Assembly: GCF_001194135.2 (NCBI RefSeq)
Contig: NC_068987.1
Span: 20,940,462-20,975,021 of the forward strand
Reading direction: 5' to 3'
Source of the DNA: Octopus bimaculoides
Taxonomy: Eukaryota
Length of the DNA stretch: 34,560 nt
In this document: piece by piece, positions 1-12,038 of the stretch
Numbering within the stretch: the stretch's first letter is position 1
Layout: every line of letters begins with the position of its first letter
Position numbers and translations under genes: made by a program
Notes under the pieces: model-generated
What the model saw: the letters and a program-made list of their open reading frames with translations, nothing else
Databases searched by the model: none
Told to the model about the DNA's origin: nothing

Positions 1-226
1 GACAGAAACGTTAGCACGCCGGGCGAAATGCTTAGCGGTATTTCGTCTGTCTTTACGTTCTGAGTTCAAATTCTGCCAAGGTCGACTTTACCTTTCATCC
101 TTTCGGGGTCGATAAATTAAGTACCAGTTACGCACTGGGGTCGATGTAATCGACTTAATCCCTTTGTCTGTCCTTGTTTGTCCCCTCTATGCTTAGCCCC
201 TTGCGAGCAATTGAGAAATAAGAAAC
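1..226 (+). mobile_element. tRNA-derived SINE, family B
   Basis: Head with B-box-like GAGTTCAAATTC; central CCTTTCATCCTTTCGGGGTCGATAAATTAAGTACCAG motif; many homologous copies in the window. Confidence 0.85.
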
Positions 227-588
227 TCAAAAGAGGGTGGCAGTCTCGAAATCTCTTCTTCACCAAAAGCCAATCGCATAAGAATGACCAGAATGGCCAT
301 GATGGAGCACCGCCAGTTAACACTGGCGATGCTTCAACATGGCCACAGCCTTTGAGCAGAGACGTATAAAAGAATAAAAGAACAGATTAAATACAGGTAC
401 AGTAAATACAGCAAAGCAAAATACTGTATTGTACGATGTACACAACTGAGGCAGTATTCTAAAAATAATTAAAATGGCAATCTATGTATCATACTTGATG
501 TAAACACACTGTTGATAGGTCAGTTGGTGCAATATTTGTACTGAGATAACACTTCTCATAGATTTGCTGTGTTAAAAGCACGATAAAC

Positions 589-921
589 ATAGGCGCAGGC
601 GAGGGTGTGTGGTATGAAGCTTGCTTCCCAACCATACAGTTCCGGGTTCAGTCCCACTGCGTGGCACCTTGGGCAAGAGTCTTCTACTGTAACCTCGGGC
701 CGACCAATGCCTTGTGAGTGAATTTGGAAGACGGAAACTGTAAGAAGCCCATCGTGTGTGTGTCTTTGCATCTGTATTTGTTCTCCACCATCACTGGATA
801 ACCGATGTTGGTGTGTTTATGTCCCCGTAACTTAGCAATTTGGCAAAAGGCACTGATAGAATAAGTATCAGGCTTAAACAAAAGAATAAGTCCTGGGGTC
901 GATACATTCAACTAAAAATTT
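589..921 (+). mobile_element. tRNA-derived SINE, family A (CORE-like segment)
   Basis: GGCGCAGG..TGTGTGGT A-box region, GGGTTCAGTCC B-box, CTTGGGCAAG segment; homologous to 24225-24626 and 33557-33983. Confidence 0.85.
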
Positions 922-1004
922 CCTTCTTTTAAAGAAATTGAACATAAATTGGCACAAATTCTCTTGACTTAAATTAACAATACCTTTTATATATTGCTTT
1001 TTCT

Positions 1005-1222
1005 TTTATATTTTTTTCTATTCTAGCCACAAGGCCCGAAATTTTGGGGGAAGGGTGGGGGCAACCGATTAGATCGACCTCAGTGCGCAACTAATACTTA
1101 ATTTATCGACCCTGAAAGGATGAAAGGCAAAGTCGACCTTAGTTTAATTTGAACTCAGAACGTAAAGACAAACAAACCACCGCTAAGCATTTCGCCCGGT
1201 GTGCTAACGTTTCTGCCAGCTC
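1005..1222 (-). mobile_element. SINE family B, reverse orientation
   Basis: Reverse complement of the 1-226 element. Partial copies follow, including the gap-flanking duplicate. Confidence 0.85.
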
Positions 1223-1654
1223 TTTTATATTCTTTTCTACTCTAAGCACAAGGCCCGAAATTTTTAGGGAGGCGGGGGGCAACCGATTTGATCGACCCCA
1301 GTGCGTAACTGGTACTTAATTTATCTTTACCCTTTACTTTCTTTTATTAAATTCTTCTGTTCTTTTATTTGTTTCAGTCATTTGACTGCGGCCATGCTGG
1401 AGCACCGCCTTNNNNNNNNNNGATGAAAGGCAAAGTCGACCTTAGTTTAATTTGAACTCAGAACGTAAAGACAAACAAACCACCGCTAAGCATTTCGCCC
1501 GGTGTGCTAACGTTTCTGCCAGCTCTTTTATATTCTTTTCTACTCTAAGCACAAGGCCCGAAATTTTTAGGGAGGCGGGGGGCAACCGATTTGATCGACC
1601 CCAGTGCGTAACTGGTACTTAATTTATCTTTACCCTTTACTTTCTTTTATTAAA

Positions 1655-2052
1655 TTCTTCTGTTCTTTTATTTGTTTCAGTCATTTGACTGCGGCCATGC
1701 TGGAGCACCGCCTTTAGTCGAACAAATCGGCCCCAGGACTTATTCCTTGTAAGTCTATTCTCTTGTCGAACCGCTAGGTTACGGGGACGTAAACACACCA
1801 ACATCAGTCGTCAAGCGATGATGGGGGGAGGGACAAACACAGACACACAAACATATGTGTGTATGTGTGTGTGTATGTATGTATGTATGTATGTATACGA
1901 CGAGATTCTTTCAGTTTCCCTCTACCAAATCTACTCACAAGGCTTTGGTCGGCTCGAAGCTTGAGTAGAAGACATTTTTGCCCATTGGTGCTACGCAGTA
2001 GGCCTGAACTCGGGACCATGTGGCTGGTAAGCACGCTACTTAACCACACTGG
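1655..2052 (-). mobile_element. SINE family A, reverse orientation
   Basis: Reverse complement of the family A consensus, with internal TG/TATG microsatellite. Confidence 0.85.
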
Positions 2053-2594
2053 CAGAATATACTGATATCTATGCAACACAACCTATACAGGAGGCGCGCT
2101 TGTGCTCGTACATAAAGACATCGCGATAAGAACGTTGACGGATGTTAGAGCGAACACACAGACACAGGCAAAAAATATATACAAACTTACAGATGTTTAA
2201 ACAAACACACGCACACATTCGCCAACACACATTCACACAAAACACAGGCACATAGACACACAGATACTCATATATATGTAATGTAGGTATACATAAGTGT
2301 GTATGCATATATATATATATATATATATATANNNNNNNNNNNNNNNNNNNNNNNNNNNNNNNNNNNNNNNNNNNNNNNNNNNNNNNNNNNNNNNNNNNNN
2401 NNNNNNNNNNNNNNNNNNNNNNNNNNNNNNNNNNNNNNNNNNNNNNNNNNNNNNNNNNNNNNNNNNNNNNNNNNNNNNNNNNNNNNNNNNNNNNNNNNNN
2501 NNNNNNNNNNNNNNNNNNNNNNNNNNNNNNNNNNNNNNNNNNNNNNNNNNNNNNNNNNNNNNNNNNNNNNNNNNNNNNNNNNNNNNNNNNNNNN

Positions 2595-2671
<77 letters not shown>

Positions 2672-2773
2672 GCAAATGTGTACAGTAGAGAGCGCGTCGA
2701 ACAAAATTCTTCTCTGAATTTATTTCATTGTCTACGATCGGAGTTCAAATTCTGCCAAAATCGACACACACGC

Positions 2774-2817
<44 letters not shown>

Positions 2818-4629
2818 ACACACATATGAGAGTATAAACGTTATGTGACCATATTTATTTGAATTTTTATTATCTTCTAGAGAGTGAGGGGGGAGAGAGA
2901 GAGAGAAAGTACTCCAGTTTCAGAGGGGAAAAAGAAATATAGATGTTGTGATGTTCATTCATTTTTTCAATGAGGCGTAACGAGAATCGAAATTCTTAGT
3001 TTATAAGTTTCGCTTAGTCACGCAACCCGTCTTTACGCATGACACGTCATAGTGGGACGAACACACAGACACAGAGACATGGCGACAAACAGAGACGAAC
3101 ACCACACGCATTGATAAGGACATATCAGCTGTAACACACACGCACGCACACAAACACACTCACTCTGTCTGCCTCTCTTTCTCTCTCTCTACACACACAC
3201 ACATATACAGAAAAGCGTACACAAATACATGTCGTGCGTGTGTGTGTGTGTGTGTGTGTGTGGTATATATGTATAAATGCTATTTTTTGTTTCACTCATT
3301 CGACTGTGGCCATGCTGGGGCACTGCCTTAGTGTTTTATTCGAAGAAATTGGCCCCAGGACTGATTCTTTTTAAACCTAGGACTTATTCTGTCGTTCTCC
3401 TATTGTCGAACCGCTAAGTTACCAGAATGTAAACACACCAACGCCGGTTGTCAAACGGTCGTCGGGAACAAACACAGACACAAAGACACAACTATATACA
3501 TAATATATAAATATCTATGAGTGTTTGTGTGTGTGTGTGTGTGTACAGTTTTGATAAGTGTAATATACAAAACTTTCTTTCCCCGAGTCACTTGTAACTT
3601 TCCGTCGATACAAAATAAGAAAAAGTAAAAAAAAAATATGCTTGTGTGTGTGTATGTGTGTGTGTGTGTATGTTTGTGTGTGTGTGTGTGTGCGTCAAGT
3701 TACACTGACACACACACACATTTGATAAAACAATAAAACAAAACACACATACACACACACACACACACAGACGAAGAAACTGGAGTAAACACAAATATTC
3801 ACACCGAATAACTTATAAAATACAACACTAACGTAATTATACATACATACATGTATGTGTGTGTGTGTGTGTATGTGTGTGGAGAGAGAGAGAAGGAGAG
3901 AGAGGGAGGTGGCGTAGTAGTCTTTCGTACACTGACACGAAACTGAAGCGCTCATACCCGGAGGTACACACACACACACACACACACTCACTCACAATGA
4001 ATGATATACACGTATACGAAAGGAAACCTTCAAAAAAATATGAAACTATGTAGTGATGAAGAGAAAGAGAGGGAGAACTCATATATATATATATATATAC
4101 ATTCTCTGTCTCTCTCTCTATCAGCACACACGTATGTATGTATGTATAGGAAGAAGATATAGGTAGATAGAAAGAAACATACACACACACACGCATATAT
4201 ATATATATGGGAGGTGGGTAACACACAGTAGAGATGCTATAACGAATGTAAACATATAAGATACAAACACATTGAAATTTTCATATACACACACTTACAC
4301 AAATATATATACATATATATTGTGTATGTACATATGTATGTGTACATATATCTACATATATATGTATATATATATATATATATATATCTATAATACATAG
4401 TAGGAAACATCGACAAAAACATACATACATATATACACATACATACATATATATACACACACATATACACACACATATATACATAAGTGCGTGTGTGTAT
4501 TGATGTGCACTTTGATGTAAACAAAACACACACACACATACACTCATACATATACTCACATACTCGATATATGTAGCTTCATCATCGAAGACACTTTCAT
4601 CGACAGACTTCAAACACATACACACACAA

Positions 4630-4667
<38 letters not shown>

Positions 4668-4712
4668 ACACACTCACACACGCCGATAAATGAACTTTCA
4701 TAGAGGACAAAC

Positions 4713-4743
<31 letters not shown>

Positions 4744-5330
4744 AATATATACAAATTCAGATAGTCATGAACTTACGATTCACACACACACACACGTGTG
4801 TGTGTGTGAGAGAGAGAAAGAGAGTGTGTGTGTGTTTGTGAGTGTGTGTGTACTCACATTTCCTAATAAACATTCTAAGTTACAATACACTCACACATAT
4901 ACACAGACATATATATTCAAATAAACAGTTACAGGCAATGACACACACACACACACACACACATATACATACACACACACACACATACATATACATACAC
5001 ACACTCACATATATATATATATACACATACGTACATACATACATACATACATACACGTTCTAATATACACATAAAACACACACAGATATATATACATATA
5101 TATACCAGAGGTAGAGTAATATACATATATACACATACATATATATATATACACACATACATACATACACACATACATATTGTAATATACACATAAACAC
5201 ACTCTCGCAAAGTGCCAACACACACAGGAACCCGTACACACATTCAAACGAGCACACTCTAACTCTACACTCACATCGACGCTCACTCTCACGCGCGCAT
5301 CCACCCTGATTAAAATTCTATTTTTAAAAT
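2050..5330. repeat. Dense compound microsatellite region (CA, TA, CT, TACA)
   Basis: Seen directly. Accounts for the low-complexity ORFs here. Confidence 0.95.
3288..3490 (-). mobile_element. SINE family A, 3' half
   Basis: gactgtggccatgctggggcac...ccccagga...gaaccgctaagtta matches the reverse-complemented family A tail. Confidence 0.75.
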
Positions 5331-6451
5331 AACAAATCCCCGCATCACAGCTTAGTCTCCCTTCACTCCAGCCCGCCTCTTCCCTCGCCGCTCACCTTGA
5401 TACCTTTTTGCTTCTTACTCTCCCCGTCCCACGACGACGACGACCCCCACCACCACCACCACCNNNNNNNNNNNNNNNNNNNNNNNNNNNNNNNNNNNNN
5501 NNNNNNNNNNNNNNNNNNNNNNNNNNNNNNNNNNNNNNNNNNNNNNNNNNNNNNNNNNNNNNNNNNNNNNNNNNNNNNNNNNNNNNNNNNNNNNNNNNNN
5601 NNNNNNNNNNNNNNNNNNNNNNNNNNNNNNNNNNNNNNNNNNNNNNNNNNNNNNNNNNNNNNNNNNNNNNNNNNNNNNNNNNNNNNNNNNNNNNNNNNNN
5701 NNNNNNNNNNNNNNNNNNNNNNNNNNNNNNNNNNNNNNNNNNNNNNNNNNNNNNNNNNNNNNNNNNNNNNNNNNNNNNNNNNNNNNNNNNNNNNNNNNNN
5801 NNNNNNNNNNNNNNNNNNNNNNNNNNNNNNNNNNNNNNNNNNNNNNNNNNNNNNNNNNNNNNNNNNNNNNNNNNNNNNNNNNNNNNNNNNNNNNNNNNNN
5901 NNNNNNNNNNNNNNNNNNNNNNNNNNNNNNNNNNNNNNNNNNNNNNNNNNNNNNNNNNNNNNNNNNNNNNNNNNNNNNNNNNNNNNNNNNNNNNNNNNNN
6001 NNNNNNNNNNNNNNNNNNNNNNNNNNNNNNNNNNNNNNNNNNNNNNNNNNNNNNNNNNNNNNNNNNNNNNNNNNNNNNNNNNNNNNNNNNNNNNNNNNNN
6101 NNNNNNNNNNNNNNNNNNNNNNNNNNNNNNNNNNNNNNNNNNNNNNNNNNNNNNNNNNNNNNNNNNNNNNNNNNNNNNNNNNNNNNNNNNNNNNNNNNNN
6201 NNNNNNNNNNNNNNNNNNNNNNNNNNNNNNNNNNNNNNNNNNNNNNNNNNNNNNNNNNNNNNNNNNNNNNNNNNNNNNNNNNNNNNNNNNNNNNNNNNNN
6301 NNNNNNNNNNNNNNNNNNNNNNNNNNNNNNNNNNNNNNNNNNNNNNNNNNNNNNNNNNNNNNNNNNNNNNNNNNNNNNNNNNNNNNNNNNNNNNNNNNNN
6401 NNNNNNNNNNNNNNNNNNNNNNNNNNNNNNNNNNNNNNNNNNNNNNNNNNN

Positions 6452-6508
<57 letters not shown>

Positions 6509-6685
6509 TTTATTTTTCATAAACAGAAGAAACTAAGTTTTAAAAGTTAGCTAAACGCTTTGATTATATTTCTCTTTTTCCTCTCAAAATCGGATTTATA
6601 TATTAAAATTTTTGGGATTTGTTTTTGTGATCAGTCTTAGATATATATATATATATATACACACACAAAGTTCTTTTAACTTGGG

Positions 6686-6808
6686 ATGGCTAATAGTTAC
6701 TTCAAAGTGGAGACGGCACCTTTTGATGATCAGATAGTTCCAGACAAGGATGATCTCCAGTTCTCTGTAGATGTTGCTTCAGCAGCAGTTGGAAACGGTT
6801 GGCCACAA
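6686..6808 (+). CDS. KLF5: Candidate first coding exon 1a of KLF5-like gene (MANSYFKVETAPFDDQIVPDKDDLQFSVDVASAAVGNGWPQ)
   Basis: gggATGG start, 41 open codons, then CAA|GTAAGT consensus donor in phase 0, matching exon 2. Joined to exons 2-4 it gives a 540-aa protein. No homology support seen by eye. Confidence 0.65.
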
Positions 6809-9759
6809 GTAAGTAGAGAACGGCCGAGATAAAACGGTCTAATTTTGAGATTTATTAATGGCATAACTACAGTTTGATGCCCCTAAATTTTGTTTCCTTA
6901 TAACTTTCTGCAATGTGTATATTTTTTCATGGAAGTTTACTGAGGTACGCTTTCGAGGATATAGAATACAAATGTGTTGGTGAAATTCTTTCAGAAGGTT
7001 TTGGAAAAGTTTTGGATCGTTCTAACACCAATTTCCATTACTTTAAGCAGTTTTCTCTTTTTTTACATTTATATACTTGAAACATCAACATAATGTAATC
7101 TACACTCTCAAAAACGTATTCCTACGAAATTTCATTAAAAAATATAAGGAAACAAAAATCAGAAGCGGGAAGAATGATCCGAAACTCTTGCACGTTTTTT
7201 TTGTTTGTTTTTTGTTTTGTTTTTTTTAATGTTATTAATGTAATCATCTATTTGCGAGAGAGTATCTCTGCAAAATTTTATTTGAAAATATGCATTTTAT
7301 AAAAAGTTGTAAAGCAATAAATTTGTTGGGGCTCTAAACTATAGTTATGCCTTTATTTTCGTTTTGTTTCATTAAAATATTATTTGGTAGTCCTCAAGTT
7401 TTGATACTAAATACCATCTACCTTAAAATTGGGAGAGCTAGCTATTCATATCGTCAACAACAACAGCATTATAAGCAACTATGTTTATTAAATATACTTA
7501 AGAAATTTGCTTTCGTTTAATTTTTTTTTTTTGTTCAAAACTGAAATTAAAATTTAATTTCTAAGAATTATTGTTGTTGTTGTTACTCCTAGTGCAATAC
7601 CAGTTATATACTGAGGAAGTGAATTTAAGCGATTATTTTCCTTTCTCACAAGTCTGGCCTTGTGTCGATGCCGGGTGGTTGTTTTAGCGTTTAGTTGTGT
7701 CGCCTGACGTTATCAGTTCGAATCCCGCCGAGGGTCAGCTTGACTTTGCAACATCGACAATGAAGTTACTTTGGCTCCTGGTTTAGTGGTGCAAACTTAA
7801 GGACTGCCTTATTATTTTTTTCTCCTTAATTTTCTAAAATTCTTTCGTGGAAGCAGGAGAGGGGGTGTGTTATGTTTGTATAAGCATGTATGTATGTGAC
7901 TTTCGTGTAAGCGTGAATATAAACTATACGAAATTTGTCGAGTTTATATGATGTGCTGTTTCTATACGGATACTGTTGTGTTTGTTATGAATGATGTGCT
8001 TTTTTTTTTGGTTGGCCAACTCTAGATTTGAACCTGGGGGCCTTTCATCAAAACTGATGCATTCATTATATGCGCGCTTGGACGAACGAAAGTTTTTAAC
8101 GTAGTAAACAAACTACACATGAAAAGAAGCATGCGCGCACACACACGCGCAGACATGACGCTCCATCGACAGATAAAAAAAAAGATTGATGAAGCATGGC
8201 AAAAAAAAAAAATTAATAAACGATTTAATCAAGTGCATCAATTAATTATTAAACATAGTTGGAATTTACCCCATGTCTAGTAATTAACGCCCTGACACCC
8301 TCCCCAGTACGACGTTCAAATTTCGATAATCCTTTTTAAACCGCTTCTCATGCCATTACAAGACTATCGATAGATGCGCAAAGGGTTCGATGATGGCGTG
8401 ATTACAAAATAGGTGAGCATACGATCGGACCACAAGGATTAAAAAGGAGAAAAACAAATAGCGGGATTATATTAGAGCCCCCTTATTTTTATTATTTTAC
8501 GTATGTTTTGATCAGCTGACTGTTCCTTAATCCGAATCAAAGCGGTTTATCTCAGCTTAGAGATTTGTTTTAATTTTCATTTTAATTTCAAAACATCAAT
8601 GTTTGTTGTGTTTTATTATTTACATCAATTGGTAAATATCTACAGCAATCATTCCTTCACTGTAGGATTAAGGAATATTAACTTTTCCCACTCGATCTCG
8701 ACGGGTATGGCGAGCGGGGCGAAGAGAAGAATGAATGAGAGCGGGGCAGGTTGACCCTTCACTGGATAAAATTATACCAGATTTAAACCCTTCGAGATCT
8801 CCTACATCAAACCAGCCCTCATCGCTCGCAGTCCCCCTCTCACCTGTTATGTTAGACATAACAGCCAAATTTTGAAGTAGATCTTGATAAAATTAAATTT
8901 AAAAAATTTAGAAAATGAAAAATAAAAAACAGTAAAATAATGATTTTAAAAAAAGCCTTTTTATGTATGTAGTGCTTGTGTGTGTGTTAGCTTTCGTATT
9001 TGTCAGTGTACGAGTGTTAAACATCGGTAGATATCAAAACAAAACTAGTTTTCATTCACGCAAACTTTTTCGAAGGTTACACACTCTACCTTCACCTCCT
9101 CTCCTACCACCACTTAAAACTTCTAACACTACTACCACTGCTACTACCTCACAACGTCTCCACTAAATTCCATAATCTTTAACAACTTTTCTTTGTTTTA
9201 TTTTTTATTCTTGTTTCGTTGTTTTTTTTCTTCTTTTCTTGCTTTCTTTAACGGGTTTCCCTACCGGTAGTTCGATTCCTAATGTAAGTTCAAATACCTC
9301 TGGGGAAGATGGTGATTTTCGTCTTTTACCTTTAATCGATCTATCTGGGTGGGGGGGGGGATGTGGTTAAAAATAAAAATACCGGTAAAAAAATGCAATG
9401 CGGATTTCACTACTTCACTACCACCCCAATAAATACACGTTTGTAAACATACACATTTACAGACATTTAGAATACACGTGTTAAATTTTGTTTTAAATCC
9501 CATATAGATAGATAGACATGATTTAAAACCGAGATGAGTAAATAGAATATACACACGCGTAGGAAAATAGATAATTAGATAGATGGATAGATAGGTTGAG
9601 GTGTATAAGACATCTGTTTGAAATATAGATAGAGAGAGATAGGTAGAGAGATACATATAAATGTTTATGCGAAATTTATAGTGCGAAGCTTCGTGATGGT
9701 GGGGAAGGCGACTACGTAGAAAGGTCCCAACGTGTTTTTGCGCGCACATAAAACCTGTA

Positions 9760-9835
9760 GGCGGAGCCTTAGTCATACTACTTTTTGATTGGTGCAACTA
9801 GTGATGACGTCACTACTAGAATATCCTAAATATAG
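9760..9835 (+). promoter_or_regulatory. Promoter-like motif cluster: GC box, AP-1-like site, CCAAT box, full CRE, MEF2/TATA-like site
   Basis: GGCGGAG 9760-9766, TTAGTCA 9769-9775, ATTGG 9788-9792, TGACGTCA 9805-9812, CTAAATATAG 9826-9835. Confidence 0.65.
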
Positions 9836-10001
9836 AAACTGACGACTGAGAAATCACTGAAGCGAGTACACCCCTCCCCTTCCTCTTTCAGGTTGTTTCT
9901 TTCTCTCTCTTTCTCTGTCCCTCTCTGTATTTCTTCATTTTCTCTTTCTTTTACTCATTCTATTACTCGCTCGCTCAGCTTTTCATTCATACAACGCACA
10001 C

Positions 10002-10004
10002 ATG
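10002..10004 (+). CDS. KLF5: Candidate alternative first exon 1b coding only Met (ATG|gtaacg)
   Basis: ATG directly followed by GT, phase 0, about 170 nt downstream of a promoter motif cluster and after a pyrimidine-rich leader. The donor is non-optimal. Would give a 500-aa protein. Confidence 0.35.
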
Positions 10005-11419
10005 GTAACGCTATCATTTTTCTCTCTTTCTTTTTCTCAACAACACGCCGCCTAAACTAACGACCAAACTAGGGGATTCTCTATGTAGTCGCTCGGTCAG
10101 CTAGAAATAGCAGTTAAGTCCTCCACTTATGGCACCTTACCGTTTTTAAAACTTTAAAAAGAAAAAAACACGCGATAACGTTCTGTCTACAAGGTGGGAC
10201 GATTAACTGCTAGAGTAGTTTGATCCGGGTCCTAAAACTTACTATAACCTCGATTAACACCTGATCGAATTATAAGCCGAGGTAGGGGCTGGATTGAGGG
10301 GGAACATGATCTGTCTAGTGTAGCGTGACATGGTGTGAGAGATTTTTTTGTCTCTCCNNNNNNNNNNNNNNNNNNNNNNNNNNNNNNNNNNNNNNNNNNN
10401 NNNNNNNNNNNNNNNNNNNNNNNNNNNNNNNNNNNNNNNNNNNNNNNNNNNNNNNNNNNNNNNNNNNNNNNNNNNNNNNNNNNNNNNNNNNNNNNNNNNN
10501 NNNNNNGTGTGTATATATATATGTGGAGTCATGAGAATGATTTTTGATTCTTTTTGAAGCAAAAGTCAATCCCTTTATCTTAGGGGGGGGGCTGGGTAAG
10601 ATTGGATTGGACGGACGGGTAGGCGATTGAGGTGACGAGCTAGGGAGCCGGGTGCAAATCGTTTGTGGAAGGCCACGTGTAATTTTATTATATGCGATAA
10701 TAAATACCTATTACACCCGTTTGACTCCCAACTTCTACCCCCCCAGCAACCACACAAAACATCATTCCTATCTGAAACGCCTAAATTGCATTGGTTGTAA
10801 CTGCACTACATGTAGCTGGGGGGAAAAAAGTGCAGGGGGGTCTCTCTCCCTTTTCTAAAACCATGTGTAACCAGCTTGGCCGAGTCGACTCATGCCTTGC
10901 TAATAAAACTGGGCGCACGGAGATCGCAGGGAACGAAGCTCGAAATCGACGGAGATCCCATTAATAAAGTTGTACAGATCGATGCAAAAAATCTATCAGT
11001 GATCTTGTTCGTTTGAGCGAAAATCCCTTGTGTGGTATTCGTTCTGCCCGTGTTAAACAAATCTAGATCTCTATAGTGAACAACAGCGTCGCTTATGATT
11101 AACGACGCTATTGTTTAGGTTTACCTGCCTCCAATTCACCTAGATGTTCTGCAAAAAGGAAATACATACATTCCCATATTTCCTTCCCTCCTCCCTACTA
11201 CAAAAGATCGAATGGAATGCTTGATCTGAAGGTTGAACGAATGATGGGTGGATTCTAGAGACTCGGCGGTCATTATTTTATGTTTTGGTGGGAGGGAACG
11301 TGGTCACATTCTTTTTCAACCGACTCCCTACTTCCAATCCTTACCTCAATAATAGCAGCTGACCCCGAAAGATGAGTCGTGAAACACGCTGGTCAACAAT
11401 ATGGGGTGATGGTTATTTA

Positions 11420-11465
<46 letters not shown>

Positions 11466-11783
11466 ATATACATACATATATATAAATATATATACATACA
11501 TATATATAAATATATATACATACATATATATATTTATTTATGTGTGTGTGTGTAATATTAGCACTTAGAAGAAGAATAAGAGAAAAATCGAACTCCGTCC
11601 TTTTAGGATATTGACCGTTTTTTTTTCTTTGTTTCTTAGCTATTTGTGTACCGGATGACCTCTCCCGTACGAATAGTCGTCACCGCCGCCACCGTGGCGA
11701 AACCACGTATTGAATTCTTAATAAATCGTTTATCAGATAAGTGGTGGTGATAGGTGTGGTGAAGCTAAAGAGTGGGAATGGTG

Positions 11784-11818
<35 letters not shown>

Positions 11819-11977
11819 TGGTGGTGAGAGTTGTTTACCGTTCTTGTTCCATACCGGATCTAACATCTTTGAGTTGCGTCATCCTCACGTAGCGAGCGTC
11901 TTGTTTGTTGTAACAACATCGGCCGGGGTGGGGGTTATTATATCGTGTGTTCGTACATATGTATGTATGTATATATA

Positions 11978-12038
<61 letters not shown>

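Noticed and set aside
1120-1712. Apparent tandem duplication of about 290 bp (about 1120-1411 repeated at 1422-1712)
   Set aside because: The copies are identical and sit on either side of a short N gap, typical of an unmerged contig overlap.
2069-6550. Long ORFs spanning N runs or microsatellites (also near 17.7-18.7, 19.4-20.2, 29.0-29.4 and 32.0-32.7 kb)
   Set aside because: They are open only because of Ns or dinucleotide repeats; the peptides are VC/YI/HT low complexity.
8844-8864. 9-bp perfect hairpin CTGTTATGT-tag-ACATAACAG
   Set aside because: Short and AT-rich, with no CTRR end for a Helitron terminus. Expected by chance in a window of this size.
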